NCBI GenBank assembly: GCA_024704765.1
Contig: JAKMXF010000313.1
Location: 217,450 to 281,449 of the forward strand
Direction: 5' to 3'
DNA from: Oopsacas minuta
Lineage: Eukaryota; Animalia; Porifera
Length of the DNA: 64,000 bases
Within the stretch, counting starts at the first letter, position 1, and every line of letters begins with the position of its first letter. The notes under the pieces were generated by a model, which did no database searches, was not told the DNA's origin, and saw only the letters and a list, made by a program, of their open reading frames with translations. This document shows positions 50,272 through 61,698 of this stretch, one piece after another. Position numbers and translations under genes: made by a program.

Positions 50272-50848
50272 TATCCCTACCTATATTTCAGTGCTCCAAG
50301 ACCAGGATAAAATCCATATCGACTCTAGAATTAGACAATACAAAGATAAGTAGAAAGCTATTAACTTAAGCCAATAAAAACGCTTTCTCCACTAAAGTTA
50401 CGTAGGATCATCAGTAACCACACAACAAAATTGTTCGATTTGTCCTAAACCAAGCCGGCGTACCCCTGAAAATACCCTCGTGTACCCGAGTTTGGGACCC
50501 CTGTATTAAAAGAACATTTTTAGATGATTAAACGGTAGTGTAGCAGATACACTACGCTGCGCAGCACACATTAGGCCTCTAGATTTCTAAAACTTAGAAA
50601 ATTAGAAACGTCTGATATCTGAATTATTTTCAAATGATTAAATAGGTGCCTAGCAAACATTGAACTAATTCTCACTAGAACTTCTATCCTAAATATTTGT
50701 GAAAAACAGCGGTTCGAAAACAGATTTGAGGTGGCCAAGTTGGGCATGCCCCTTCCCCCTGTATAGCCGCTACTTGTCATGACAAATAAATATTTATATA
50801 TCTTCTACAAGTCGTTTGACTCGTTTCTTTTCGCAACTAGTTCCATAA

Positions 50849-51505
50849 ATGGCAGCCTTCTTATCCTCAGGTTCAATTGAAGAAACTTGCTTGACTGCAG
50901 ACAATAGAAACGAAGCTATAGCAGACCCTTGCGATATAGCTATTGAACTTTGTGAATCCGACACTTTATTCAGCACAGTAGAAGATAAGGCTAGATTGGA
51001 AAAGAATAATATTAATAATAGTGGGGATATGTCACGAGACATTGGTATTTATTTGTCCGAAGAAGTATTTGCTCACCACATCAGTTCAGGTTGTGATGAG
51101 TCTCTAGATAAATTCAATCTCGCAATCGGAGTAATTGAGGACCTCTTGGTGTCTAATAAATTCTCAGAGTTGCAGAATAAGTTCTTTGAGCGCTATTACA
51201 CATGTTTTGATTACGGAGAGGAGAATAAGCTTAACTACATGGATATATTCCAGCAGTACCAGTCTACTGTAGAGGGATATATTGAGCAAGAACTTCTATC
51301 TCAGGTGCCAGATTTCTCTATGGAGTGGATGTTTAAAATGCTATCAAGCCAGCAGGATTACGTGGATATGGGAATTATTGAAATATTAAACTCATTCACA
51401 GACTTTCTCTTGTTCAAAGAGTTGATGCTGAGATATAAAGGAGAAAAGGAAGGGAAAGGTCTAGATCTGTCTGATCTCATTATGACGTCATCGTTAAGTA
51501 CTTGA
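50849..51505 (+). CDS. ARL2BP: ADP-ribosylation factor-like 2-binding protein (BART), single exon; start codon uncertain (50849 or 51029)
   Basis: IGVIEDLL...F..LQNKFFERYY..F..GEENKL.Y..IF.QY...VEGYIEQEL...FTDFLLFKELML.YK.EKEGKGLDLS matches human ARL2BP. Confidence 0.92.
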   Translation: MAAFLSSGSIEETCLTADNRNEAIADPCDIAIELCESDTLFSTVEDKARLEKNNINNSGDMSRDIGIYLSEEVFAHHISSGCDESLDKFNLAIGVIEDLLVSNKFSELQNKFFERYYTCFDYGEENKLNYMDIFQQYQSTVEGYIEQELLSQVPDFSMEWMFKMLSSQQDYVDMGIIEILNSFTDFLLFKELMLRYKGEKEGKGLDLSDLIMTSSLST

Positions 51506-52017
51506 AGTCACAACAGCTGAAATTTACAGGATTGTGATTGGAAATTGTGACATGCTAATTATACTGCTACCATTTGATCTCTTATAGAATTTTGTTGCTT
51601 ATTAATTTCTTTTCTCCCAAATGTATATGCAATTATGTAATAAGTAAATCTATTCAATTTCACGTAATTCAACACTGCCAACACTGATGCACAGCATCTT
51701 ACATTCTACAGTAGAACTTCGTTAGTACGAACAAATATTCACATATTAACGAGGTTCTACCGTACATGCAATTTGGCATCCCCAGAGTTACTGCAAATCA
51801 AGCATGGGCGACACTTCGTTTCACAAAGTGAATGGCAAGCCCATGCCATGTATATTTTAACAGGTTCTGTGTAGCTGTTTGACCACTATTCTATACGTAA
51901 ATATGGTTAAAATACCCAACAACTCGATGAGCTGTATACTAAATTTAGTAAATAATTTACCACTGCAACACTATTAATTCGACAAATCAAGGCAGCAATA
52001 TATAAAGTGAACTTATT

Positions 52018-53034
52018 ATGGCGAATTATACGAAAAAGTTTTCCATTTCACACCTCATTCCCAAACGTACAATGTTGATTAGAGTAATAGAGTTTATGTC
52101 AATGGCATCTAAGAGAAAAAATAAAGATTTAACTTCTGATCAAGAAATGGAAGGTCCTACAAAAAAGTTAAAAAATCATCAAAATATGGAGTCAAATTGT
52201 CATACTAATTCTCCACTTGATGGTGATATATTTAATGCAACTAATGAGACAGTAACTATCAAGAAAAGTGAGTATTTCGATGTAGAAGAGATCCTGGATA
52301 AATCAAAGGATATAAAGAACAAGTCTAAAAAGGAACCAAAGCCAATTATAGCCCCAGAAAATTGGAAAGAGCAATATGACAATATTCGTAAAATGAGAAT
52401 AGAGAGATCTGCACCAGTTGATTCTATGGGTGTCCAATCAAATTTATCTGATAAGATTTCTCCCTCTGAAAGTCGTTTCCATGTTTTGATCTCTTTGGTC
52501 TTGTCAAGCCAAACTAGAGATACAATAAACTCCGCTGTCATGGACAAGCTACGAGTTTATGGGCTGACAATTGAACACATTAGAGAGACGTCATTAAAGA
52601 AAATGAAAGAGCTGATTCACCCAGTTAGTTTCTACAATACTAAAGCAATCCATATTAAGAAAATAGTAGAAATATTACACGAGAAGTATGCTGATGATGT
52701 TCCCTGTGATTACGACAATATCGTTGCTCTCCCAGGAGTTGGACCTAAGATGGCGTTGCTAATGATGGATGTAGCATGGAACAAGATTGTAGGCATCTCT
52801 GTAGACACTCATGTACATCGTATTTCTAACAGACTCAAGTGGACAGGATCTAAACCTACTAAACAACCCTCACAGACCAGGAGCTCTTTGGAAGGTTGGC
52901 TACCGAGAGAGTACTGGGGAGAAATTAACGGATTGTTGGTAGGGTTTGGACAACAAATCTGTAAGTCTATAACACCTCAATGTAAAAACTGTCTGAACAG
53001 GAAAATATGTCCATCTTCGAATAATAAGAAATAG
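52018..53034 (+). CDS. NTHL1: Endonuclease III-like 1 DNA glycosylase/AP lyase, single exon
   Basis: RFHVLISLVLSSQTRD, HhH motif LPGVGPKMA (catalytic K), ISVDTHVHRISNRLKW (catalytic D), 4Fe-4S motif C-x6-C-x2-C-x5-C. True start is one of several upstream ATGs. Confidence 0.96.
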   Translation: MANYTKKFSISHLIPKRTMLIRVIEFMSMASKRKNKDLTSDQEMEGPTKKLKNHQNMESNCHTNSPLDGDIFNATNETVTIKKSEYFDVEEILDKSKDIKNKSKKEPKPIIAPENWKEQYDNIRKMRIERSAPVDSMGVQSNLSDKISPSESRFHVLISLVLSSQTRDTINSAVMDKLRVYGLTIEHIRETSLKKMKELIHPVSFYNTKAIHIKKIVEILHEKYADDVPCDYDNIVALPGVGPKMALLMMDVAWNKIVGISVDTHVHRISNRLKWTGSKPTKQPSQTRSSLEGWLPREYWGEINGLLVGFGQQICKSITPQCKNCLNRKICPSSNNKK

Positions 53035-54230
53035 CGGCTCATTAGTAGCCAATAGAATGCTAATTAGATCCTTTTAATATATGTACTAAATATTATTAGC
53101 GTCATTGCCATTATTATTACGTAAAACTAGTTTTGTTTATTACCAATATTAAACTACATTTTACCGATATGTTATGTTGTTAATATGAAAAGTTTAGCAT
53201 CTGAGTCTTGTTTTGCAAATAGGATTGAACTATTTAGTGACAGCACGTTTAGCAATTTTCTAGGGCGATTTTAATTATTGGATAGTTTTTGGTGGCCGTC
53301 GCCACTAAACAACCAAATTTACAGAGCCCTGGATTCTGGATGTTTCAATCAGATGAATGAGTATGGGCGACGCCAGCTTCCAGAACAGCCTCCTGTTCGG
53401 GGGTGCCAAGAGTTGGACAGGAGGTACACATTTACCGAACATGTACATAAAAGGTATTCTTTCTTATCTGCTTATCGACCACTACCCCTATAATGGACAA
53501 ATCCTATATATTATATATAGGATTTGTATATAATATATACAAGCCTTTGGCTCGTCGCTTCGCGATGAACTCATCACATTTTGTTTTGAGATATCCATTA
53601 TTCTCCAAATTGAATCCCCCTTGAGTATATAATATTGATATATTTAGAACACTGTAATTCACAAATATACGTATATAGCATAAATATTATTGAATTATTT
53701 TGTAAGATCAACCCCCTTTATAGCCGTTGAGAGCAAGTATCTACGTAAATTTTGAGATTTTGCTATTTGTTTACTTTATATTCATAAAAACAACATGGAT
53801 GAAAAATTGATTAACCAAATCGTACAGTCAGAAAGTGTGATATTAAATACAAATTTCAATGTGATGATTTTAGTTAATTAAATATATGGAATTAAACCAA
53901 ATTATTTCAAAATTCAATGGCTGGTTTATTTGGAATCCTAAAGGACCCGAGCCAAAACGGGGCTCGGGCTCGGGCCGAGCTTGCGACCTCTAAGGGAAAC
54001 TTCACTGTACTTGTTGTTATAGTGCTGGATATAAAAAGAAGTAGGAACCTCTATGGAGCTCTGTCAAGAGCCGAATCCACTGTTGGGAACAATTGCGAGT
54101 GTATAGATTAATTTAAAGGGCTTGTCGCAGATTGTAACTTTTTGGGAGGAAATTAGAACTTTAGTACCTCTATCATGAGTTTAGAATTCTTCTACTCTGA
54201 TTTTGTTTATAGCATATTAGAGATAACATA

Positions 54231-54403
54231 CGGTGAAACCTGAATAAACCGACACTCGTTGGGACATAAAATTTTGTCGGTTTATCAAATTATCATATTA
54301 TACAGGTGAATTTGCGTTGTCGGAAGCTATTTCAGATCAGAAACACTGTCGGATCACAGAGGTTTTCCGGATTTAAATGTGTCGTTTTATGCAGGTTCCA
54401 CTG
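54231..54403. mobile_element. Tigger-like MITE, family A copy
   Basis: TA|CGGTGAAACCTGAATAAACCGACAC...TTTATGCAGGTTCCACTG. Confidence 0.75.
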
Positions 54404-54660
54404 TGCATTAAATTAGCCAATCAACAAGCCAAATAAAATATTCTACTAGGACAAATTATACCAGGGAATATTTTGGCCAGGATAGATTATACGTCATGTC
54501 ATGGGGTATAATCTGGGCTGTTACACGGGTCCAGGATATTGTAGGAAGCTAAAATACTAGGTTATATGCTGACAAACGAATATTTGGTAATCGTCTTAGG
54601 CTAATGATTTTAAACCTGATAGACTTTTAGGACACCATATGAGTGTATAAAGATCTAGAT

Positions 54661-55791
54661 ATGGTCAGTATGGGCGAGGATAATCACAATTTGGTGATTG
54701 ATAATGGTTCAGGAAATATTAAGGCGGGATTTGCAAGAGCACCTCGTGCCGTCTTTCCAACTATTGTGGGGAGACCTTGTCACAGTGGTGTCATGATTGG
54801 TATGGGTCAGAAAGATTGCTATGTTGGAGATGAAGCTCGGAGTAAGCGTGGTATCTTAACTCTACGTTATCCCATAGAACACGGTATAGTTACTAACTGG
54901 GATGATATGGAGCATATCTGGCATCATACGTTCTATAATAAGTTACGTGTAGCACCAGAAGACTGCACAGTTCTGATGACAGAATCACCTCTCAACCCTA
55001 AGGCTAATCAAGAGAAAATGGTCCAGATAATGTTTGAAACATTCAACATTCCATTTCTCCATCAATGTATCCATCCTATACTATCTCTCTATGCTTCTGG
55101 TCGTACTACAGGACTTGTTATTGACTCTGGAGCAAGTGTGTCTCATGTTGTTCCTATCTTCAAGCAACATGCATGTACACATGCAATACTACGTCAGGAT
55201 ATTGCAGCTGGTAGAGACTTGACTGACCACTTGATGAAGATACTGTGTGAGCGTGGTTACTCATTTACTACGTCAGCAGAACGAGAGATAGTTCGGGACA
55301 TTAAGGAGAAGTTGGGTTACGTGTCTATAAACTTTGATGAAGAGATCCATGAGAGTGACTCTGATGATACTCTCGAGAAGAAGTATGAATTACCCGATGG
55401 ACAGGTAATAACTATTGGGAATGAGAGATACCGTTGTACCGAACCAATCTTCAGTCCTTCTCTCATAGGAAAGAGTGCTTGTGGGATACAAGATCTAGTC
55501 TATAGTTCTGTCATGAAGTGTGACATTGACTTACGTAAATACCTCTTCAAGAATATTATCCTATCTGGAGGTAACACAATGTTTTGTGGATACTCACAGC
55601 GTATTGAGAAGGAAGTAACTCAATTAGCTCCAACATGTGATAAAGTAAAAGTTATAGCTCCTCCTGAGAGGAAATACAGTACTTGGATTGGAGGATCTAT
55701 TCTAGCTTCAATGACTGATTTCTATAAAATTTGTATATCTCATGATGAGTATGAGGAGTATGGACCCTCTCTTGTACATAGAAGATTTTAA
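54661..55791 (+). CDS. Divergent actin paralog, about 373-376 aa, single exon
   Basis: [101 protein letters not shown]. Many substitutions at positions invariant in conventional actin. Confidence 0.93.
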   Translation: MVSMGEDNHNLVIDNGSGNIKAGFARAPRAVFPTIVGRPCHSGVMIGMGQKDCYVGDEARSKRGILTLRYPIEHGIVTNWDDMEHIWHHTFYNKLRVAPEDCTVLMTESPLNPKANQEKMVQIMFETFNIPFLHQCIHPILSLYASGRTTGLVIDSGASVSHVVPIFKQHACTHAILRQDIAAGRDLTDHLMKILCERGYSFTTSAEREIVRDIKEKLGYVSINFDEEIHESDSDDTLEKKYELPDGQVITIGNERYRCTEPIFSPSLIGKSACGIQDLVYSSVMKCDIDLRKYLFKNIILSGGNTMFCGYSQRIEKEVTQLAPTCDKVKVIAPPERKYSTWIGGSILASMTDFYKICISHDEYEEYGPSLVHRRF

Positions 55792-56126
55792 TTGATGTAT
55801 ATCATCTCTCATATACATAGAAGTTATTTATTCATTCTACTTACGACAACGCTTCACTTGCTCGCGCTCGGTACTTCGTGCCTCGAACTAAGAAACGCAT
55901 AAAAATAAATTTTCTAAAATTAAGACTAGCGTCCTACTTTAGAAATAAATCTGTATTTTGCGAGTTCTTTTTCGAAGTCAGCCAATAAAGTTTTCTGCCT
56001 CCGATTTTGACTTATGAATTTCGTCTCCTCGTTTTACTAGGCTATTTACAAATTTTGATTTTGAGGAAGGATTTATTCGTTATATTTAGTTAAACGCAAT
56101 TCCATTGAGAGGGGATCAGGGTCTTT

Positions 56127-56379
56127 CATAGGCGTCGTAAACTTTATGACCGACCCCTTGAGCTGCCCGGTCACAATAATCCAGGCCGTTCAGTCAATTA
56201 ATCGGGCCGTATCTTCAGCTGATCCGGAGTTAGCGTCAATCCTTGATCTACATACGAGACGACGCCCCTGCCGGGACAAAATTGTAACAGGCAATTACTT
56301 GTGAGCCCGGGTACTATCCGGTATTCCCTCTGGGCCGTCCTGTCATTACCGAGTACCCGGGTAGCTTACGACCCCTATG
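56127..56379. mobile_element. hAT-type MITE, 253 bp
   Basis: TIRs CATAGGCGTCGTAA / TTACGACCCCTATG; 8-bp TSD GGGTCTTT (56119-56126) / GTGTCTTT (56380-56387). Confidence 0.85.
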
Positions 56380-58669
56380 GTGTCTTTGTCTACGAATTTT
56401 GATGCTGTTGAAAGCTTTTTTGCACTAATTGAACACATTTCCATTGGTATCTTTATTTACAATTTTATGGATGTTGGGAAAGCATTATTTGTACTAGTTA
56501 AACACAATTCCATTGGGAGGGATCAGGGTCTTTGTTTACAAAATTTTTGATGTTGAAACAGTTTAAATTCTCACAAATTTTGTATGTGGATTTACATTTT
56601 TAATAGCTTAAAATATCGGGAAATATCAGAAATCATTATTGAAAATTTCGATATTTTCCGATATTTCCGATTTTATTTTTCGATATATTTTTGGAAATCC
56701 TGATATTTTCGATATTTTTTCATAACCGATATATCGGTGCCAAACTTTGATTTATCAAACATTGCGACCCATTTCGATGTCCTATATTACAAACTACAGT
56801 AGGTAGTTTAAAGAGATTGTTATCTACAATCATTATAGACTGATTAAGTGTGAAATAACAAAGTAGAGAGAAGCTGGGTATGTTTAATTAATTTTTAAAT
56901 TATATAATTGAACATATATGTATTTATATGTTACACTAAGAATACGATACCATTACACACTGACTAATTAAAACTGAATCATCTAATTCTAATTACTAAG
57001 ATTCATCCAAGTTGCATCTAGATAACTGAGTATCGCGGATTTTCAGTAGGCGGATCATTCAATACTGAATCTTCCAGTGAAGGTTCTACGAATCTTTCTA
57101 CCATCTCTCCATCCAAGCTAGAAAAGAGCTTATCCTTGTTATACTTTACCTTATATACTTCTAAAATGGTCACTCTCTATCAATTCACACGTTCAAAAAA
57201 ACTGTAGATTGTCAGCCATCCGAATATACAGATACAAATTTGGAGATGTTGAGGATAAAAGGAAGTGGCATAGGCTATGGAAGTGAATATATTTTGATGG
57301 GCAATTCTATAATCGCCGATAAAAGGAAATCAGCATAGCCAGTATATAGTATACACCCAACTTCCCATAGCCTTGTAATACAATTTGATATATATCCTAT
57401 CAATGTGACATAATCGTGAATATGTCCATATATTGTAATTTTTAAATTTACGCAATAATCTTCAGAGATATCGAGATAGCACATTAAAACGTATTAGAAG
57501 GGTATGGGAAGTTGGGTGTATACATATATTGGCTACCCTGATTTGGCCATAATTGTAACGAATATCGAGTTATAAGAGTATATTAACAAAACACGTACAA
57601 TCATGGTTTGTGAAATAACTCAGAAACGTGCGAATTTTATCATTTTGTACAGAAACGGTTAATAGATCATTTGGCATTTCAACATTTTGAACATACGTAA
57701 ATAAATAATTAACAACGTTCTACATGGTTTCAAAGATGGAGCATGTTTTATACATATTAGCCAATTACACTACAGATGACGTCATATGACTCATATGGAT
57801 CTGAAAATGTTCATAAATGTAGTCTTTGTGAATTGTTGAATATCAATAATAGTCCATAAGCGAGTTTTTAACCATTTTTCAATTTCCAGCCAATTTGATG
57901 GGTCACTTGACCATATTCCGACGACTTTGTGAATGGAATATATCACATTCCTGCGTTGTCATTTGTCAAAGATGTGACCCGATAATAAAGGAAATTTCAT
58001 GCTGAATTACGAATCTCTGCAAAAGAGCGATTCGACTATGAATGTTAAATTCATGGTCGAATCTCTCTTTTTGCAGATAAAGTTTCCCCTGGAATGTATT
58101 TACGTCAGATAAATAATAATTCATTCACAGTTATCATTGTATATCAATATCTATATAGCCCGTGTACACACCTTACTTAAATATCAGCTAAATTTTTCTA
58201 TCTACTTTTCAGTGTAGGGAAAGGCCATCTTATTGGATTAGTAAAAGGTCACTTGTATCTTGAGAGGATAGGGTTTTAAATACTAAAAGCTCGTCGATTA
58301 TATCGGCTACTGACATATAAGCAAACTTATAAGGATATTCTTATCGTCGTACTCTGCATTCTTAAATGATAGAGTAATTGGTACACCAGTTAGTTTTAAA
58401 GACTAAGGACACAGAGGAATGCCGCACTTACATCGCAGTATCATTGCTTTAATTATTGATGAAAATATCGATGGATTTCTCGATTGTCCATATCTATTGA
58501 ATTGTAAACCGAATTCTTCCGGGAAAATGTCTGATTTTATGACGTCAGAAAAAGTGCTAAAATCTTGTTTTGGTGCGGGAATTGGTAAAAATAAGTGGTA
58601 AAATTTTAGTGTTCCTTTCATTACAAACGTAAACCTTCAGCCGTAATCGGTTATAATTAATTTTTGAAT

Positions 58670-59664
58670 ACTCCAAGACAACTCAATCCAGTTAAAGCTG
58701 TGCAAAGTTCTATAGAAAATTTATAAATAAAATGTCCTCTCCTCAGAGATTGTTATTGGAAAGGAAAATTGTCAGAAGCTGAGAAGCATTTGGTAGAGTG
58801 TAAGGTATTCCTTATACAATGTAATAACTGCAAACAGATATTTCTGAGAGGAGAGAGTGAAGAGCATTGTAAAGATTTATGTGCAATGCGGGTAACTAGT
58901 TGTCTTTATTGTAACAAAAAGGAAAATGCAATAGGCCAGGAAAAACTTTTTGATGTTTGCTCGAAATATCCGATTTCTTGTCCAAATAAATGTAGCGACA
59001 AGTTTCTGAGAGGTGTATTGTCTGAATACAGAGCGAAGTGTGAGTTAGAAGAGATTAGCTGTCCATACACAGAGTATGGATGTAACGCAAAGTCTATGTT
59101 AAGAAGAGATCTCATAGCTCACAAGAAGGAATATATCTTAGAACATACTGACATGAGCTTAATTGAAATCAAACAACTGAGAGAGGAAATAATTCTTTAA
59201 AGAAGAAACAAACTGAAATCCAATGGCAAGCAAAGACAATGAAGCAACTTGATGGAGTTGAGTGGGAAATAAAGAATAAAGATAAACTACTTGCTGAAGT
59301 ACAGATTAAAGGACCAAAGTTTTTTCTTAACAACTACAAACTGAGAATATATTGTACCAAAGTTAGTTTATTGGGTGGGGAACAATTAAAATTCTATCTC
59401 AAGAGGATTGCTGGAGAATTTGACAACATTTTAGGAGAAGATTTTATCACTCATTACAGAATAATTATAGTTAACAAACAAGATTACACAAAATCTTATA
59501 ATGAAGAAGGAAGAATGAATTATCAGCTGAAGATAGGTGTAAACAGTGATGACATGTTTCTTATACCAGCTTGGACATACAGAAGTTACTTAACAGCTAA
59601 CAAATCTTTGTTTATACGATTCTATTTTGATGTTAACAATAGTGTAGCTTTGAAAAGTTTTTGA
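58670..59664 (+). pseudogene. TRAF-like pseudogene copy A (5'-truncated, lacks RING; TRAF-type Zn fingers, coiled coil, MATH-like domain)
   Basis: Homology to copy B starts abruptly at 58670. In-frame TAA at 58724-58726 (CAA in copy B); frameshift near 59190; CPNKC..C..CPY..YGC fingers; DGVEWEIKN...GPKFFLNNYKLRIY MATH-like start. Confidence 0.8.
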
Positions 59665-60435
59665 AAATTATACGAATCTCTTTCAGGTTTGTCCTACTGA
59701 TTCCCCATCAGCTTTTTCCTACTACGCGAGCCCTTCGATTCCCTTAAAGCCTTCTCTACCTACTGAGCGGGATCCTTTTACGACTAAATACCTGTTTAGA
59801 CTGAATTTATCTGTAATTTTGTTATTATTTCTACTAACTACATTTCTTAATTACTAAATACTTTTTGTTCAGAAAATTATTACTAGAATTCACAAATTTT
59901 GTATTTATAGTAACCTTCTAAATGTGGCATACCTCCAAGATGCGACACAATCCTAACACCAAGTAATTTTTCAATGCTAATAATACAGTAGACACTTGCG
60001 GCATAATAGGAATAACAGCTGTAGTGGATTCATAGAGATGTCAACCTTTCGTCTCACAGTTTTACATTTAGAGCCACGAAAAATACCGTGAAAGTTGCCA
60101 TCTTTACAGGATTTCGGAGTCAGTATAATACAGGCCCGCGGAATGAAAGTTTTATTAGTCAGGCAATGGCTGGATCTGCCGCACAGGCTCCGCCGGCCAT
60201 GTAATATAGCATTGAATATCAATTAGTGTATAGAGTTGTGCTTATTCAGCATCTGAGAGACTGACACATTTCAGAAGCGCAGTAAATGTTGCGAAGGTTT
60301 ACTTATAGATACAAATTTTGAAAAGTAAATATTAAATAGTTAAGAAAGTAGCTAGCACGAAAGATAATTCTGTATAAACAGAACCCAGGTATATACTAAT
60401 GGAAACGATCCTTCCTCATCTTTGTAAGCATGCAG

Positions 60436-61698
60436 CTAGTAAACACCTTCATATATTGTAGGCGTCAAACTTTTCAAATCTACACTATTGTTAACATCAA
60501 AGTAGAATCGTATAAACAAAGATCTGTTAACTGTTAAGCAATGTTTGTATCTCCCAGCTGATTCAAGAAACATAACAGCACTGTTTACACCTATCTTCAG
60601 CTGATAATTCAGTCTTCCTTCTTCATAATGAGATTTTGTGTAATCTTGTTTGTTAACTATAATTACTCTGTAATGAGTTATAAAATCTTCTTCTAAAATG
60701 TTGTCAATTTCTCCAGCAATCCTCTTGAGATAGAATTTTAATTGTTCCCCACCCAATAAACTAATTTAGTACAATATATTCTCAGTTTGTAGTTGTTAAG
60801 AAAGAACTCTGGTCCTGCTTGTATCTGTGATTCAGCAAGTAGATTATCTATATTCTTTATTTCCCACTCAACTCCATCAAGTGCTTTATTGTCTTTGCTC
60901 CCCATTGGATTTCAGTTTGTTTATTCTTCAAATACATATTTTCCTCTCTCAGTTGCTGTATATCTTCATTATGTTGTTTGATTTCAATTAAGCTCATGTC
61001 AGTATGTTCTAAGATATATTCCTTCTTGTGAGCTATGAGATCTCTTCTTAACATAGACTTTGCGTTACATCCATACTCTGTGTATGGACAGCTAATCTCT
61101 TCTAACTCACACTTCGCTCTGTATTCAGACAATACACCTCTCGGAAACTTGTCGCTACATTTATTTGGACAAGAAATCGGATATTTCGAGCAAACATCAA
61201 AAAGTTTTTCCTGGCCTATTGCATTTTCCTTTTTGTTACAATAAAGACAACTAGTTACCCGCATTGCACATAAATCTTTACAATGCTCTTCACTCTCTCC
61301 TCTCAGAAATATCTGTTTGCAGTTATTACATTGTATAAGGAATACCTTACACTCTACCAAATGCTTCTCAGCTTCTGACAATTTTCCTTTCCAATAACAA
61401 TCTCTGAGGAGAGGACATTTATTTGTAAATTTTCTATAGAACTTTGCACAGCTTTAACTGGATTGAGTTGTCTTGGAGTTTCACTACAAACCAAACAAGT
61501 AGTATCTCCTCTGCAGAGAGAAGCTTCTCGCATTATTCCTGTACATTTCTTACAAATGATAAGTCCTTCTTCCATTTCTGACAGGTTCTGAGCTAAATAG
61601 TCCCTTCTATGCCCGCAATGCATATCTTTCTTTTCCTTAACTTTCTTGATATACAACAGATCGTTTGATTTGTCTGGGAAATTATCTTTAGATGCCAT
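60436..61698 (-). pseudogene. TRAF-like pseudogene copy B (degenerate RING, Zn fingers, coiled coil, MATH-like domain), three frameshifts
   Basis: ATG 61698 gives MASKDNF...CGHRRDYL...IICKKCTGIMREA...TCLVC. 1-nt deletions near 61419, 60875 and 60767 split the ORFs 61354-61782, 60857-61381 and 60436-60756. Confidence 0.82.

Noticed and set aside
47663-55791. Operon or trans-spliced cluster (TIMELESS, ARL2BP, NTHL1, actin all on +; two DNA-maintenance genes adjacent)
   Set aside because: Spacers are 0.5-1.6 kb and contain MITEs, and I see no consistent unpaired acceptor before the ATGs. Four same-strand genes can occur by chance.
58403-58621. Short overlapping ORFs upstream of TRAF copy A
   Set aside because: No recognisable motif, and not homologous to the RING region of copy B.
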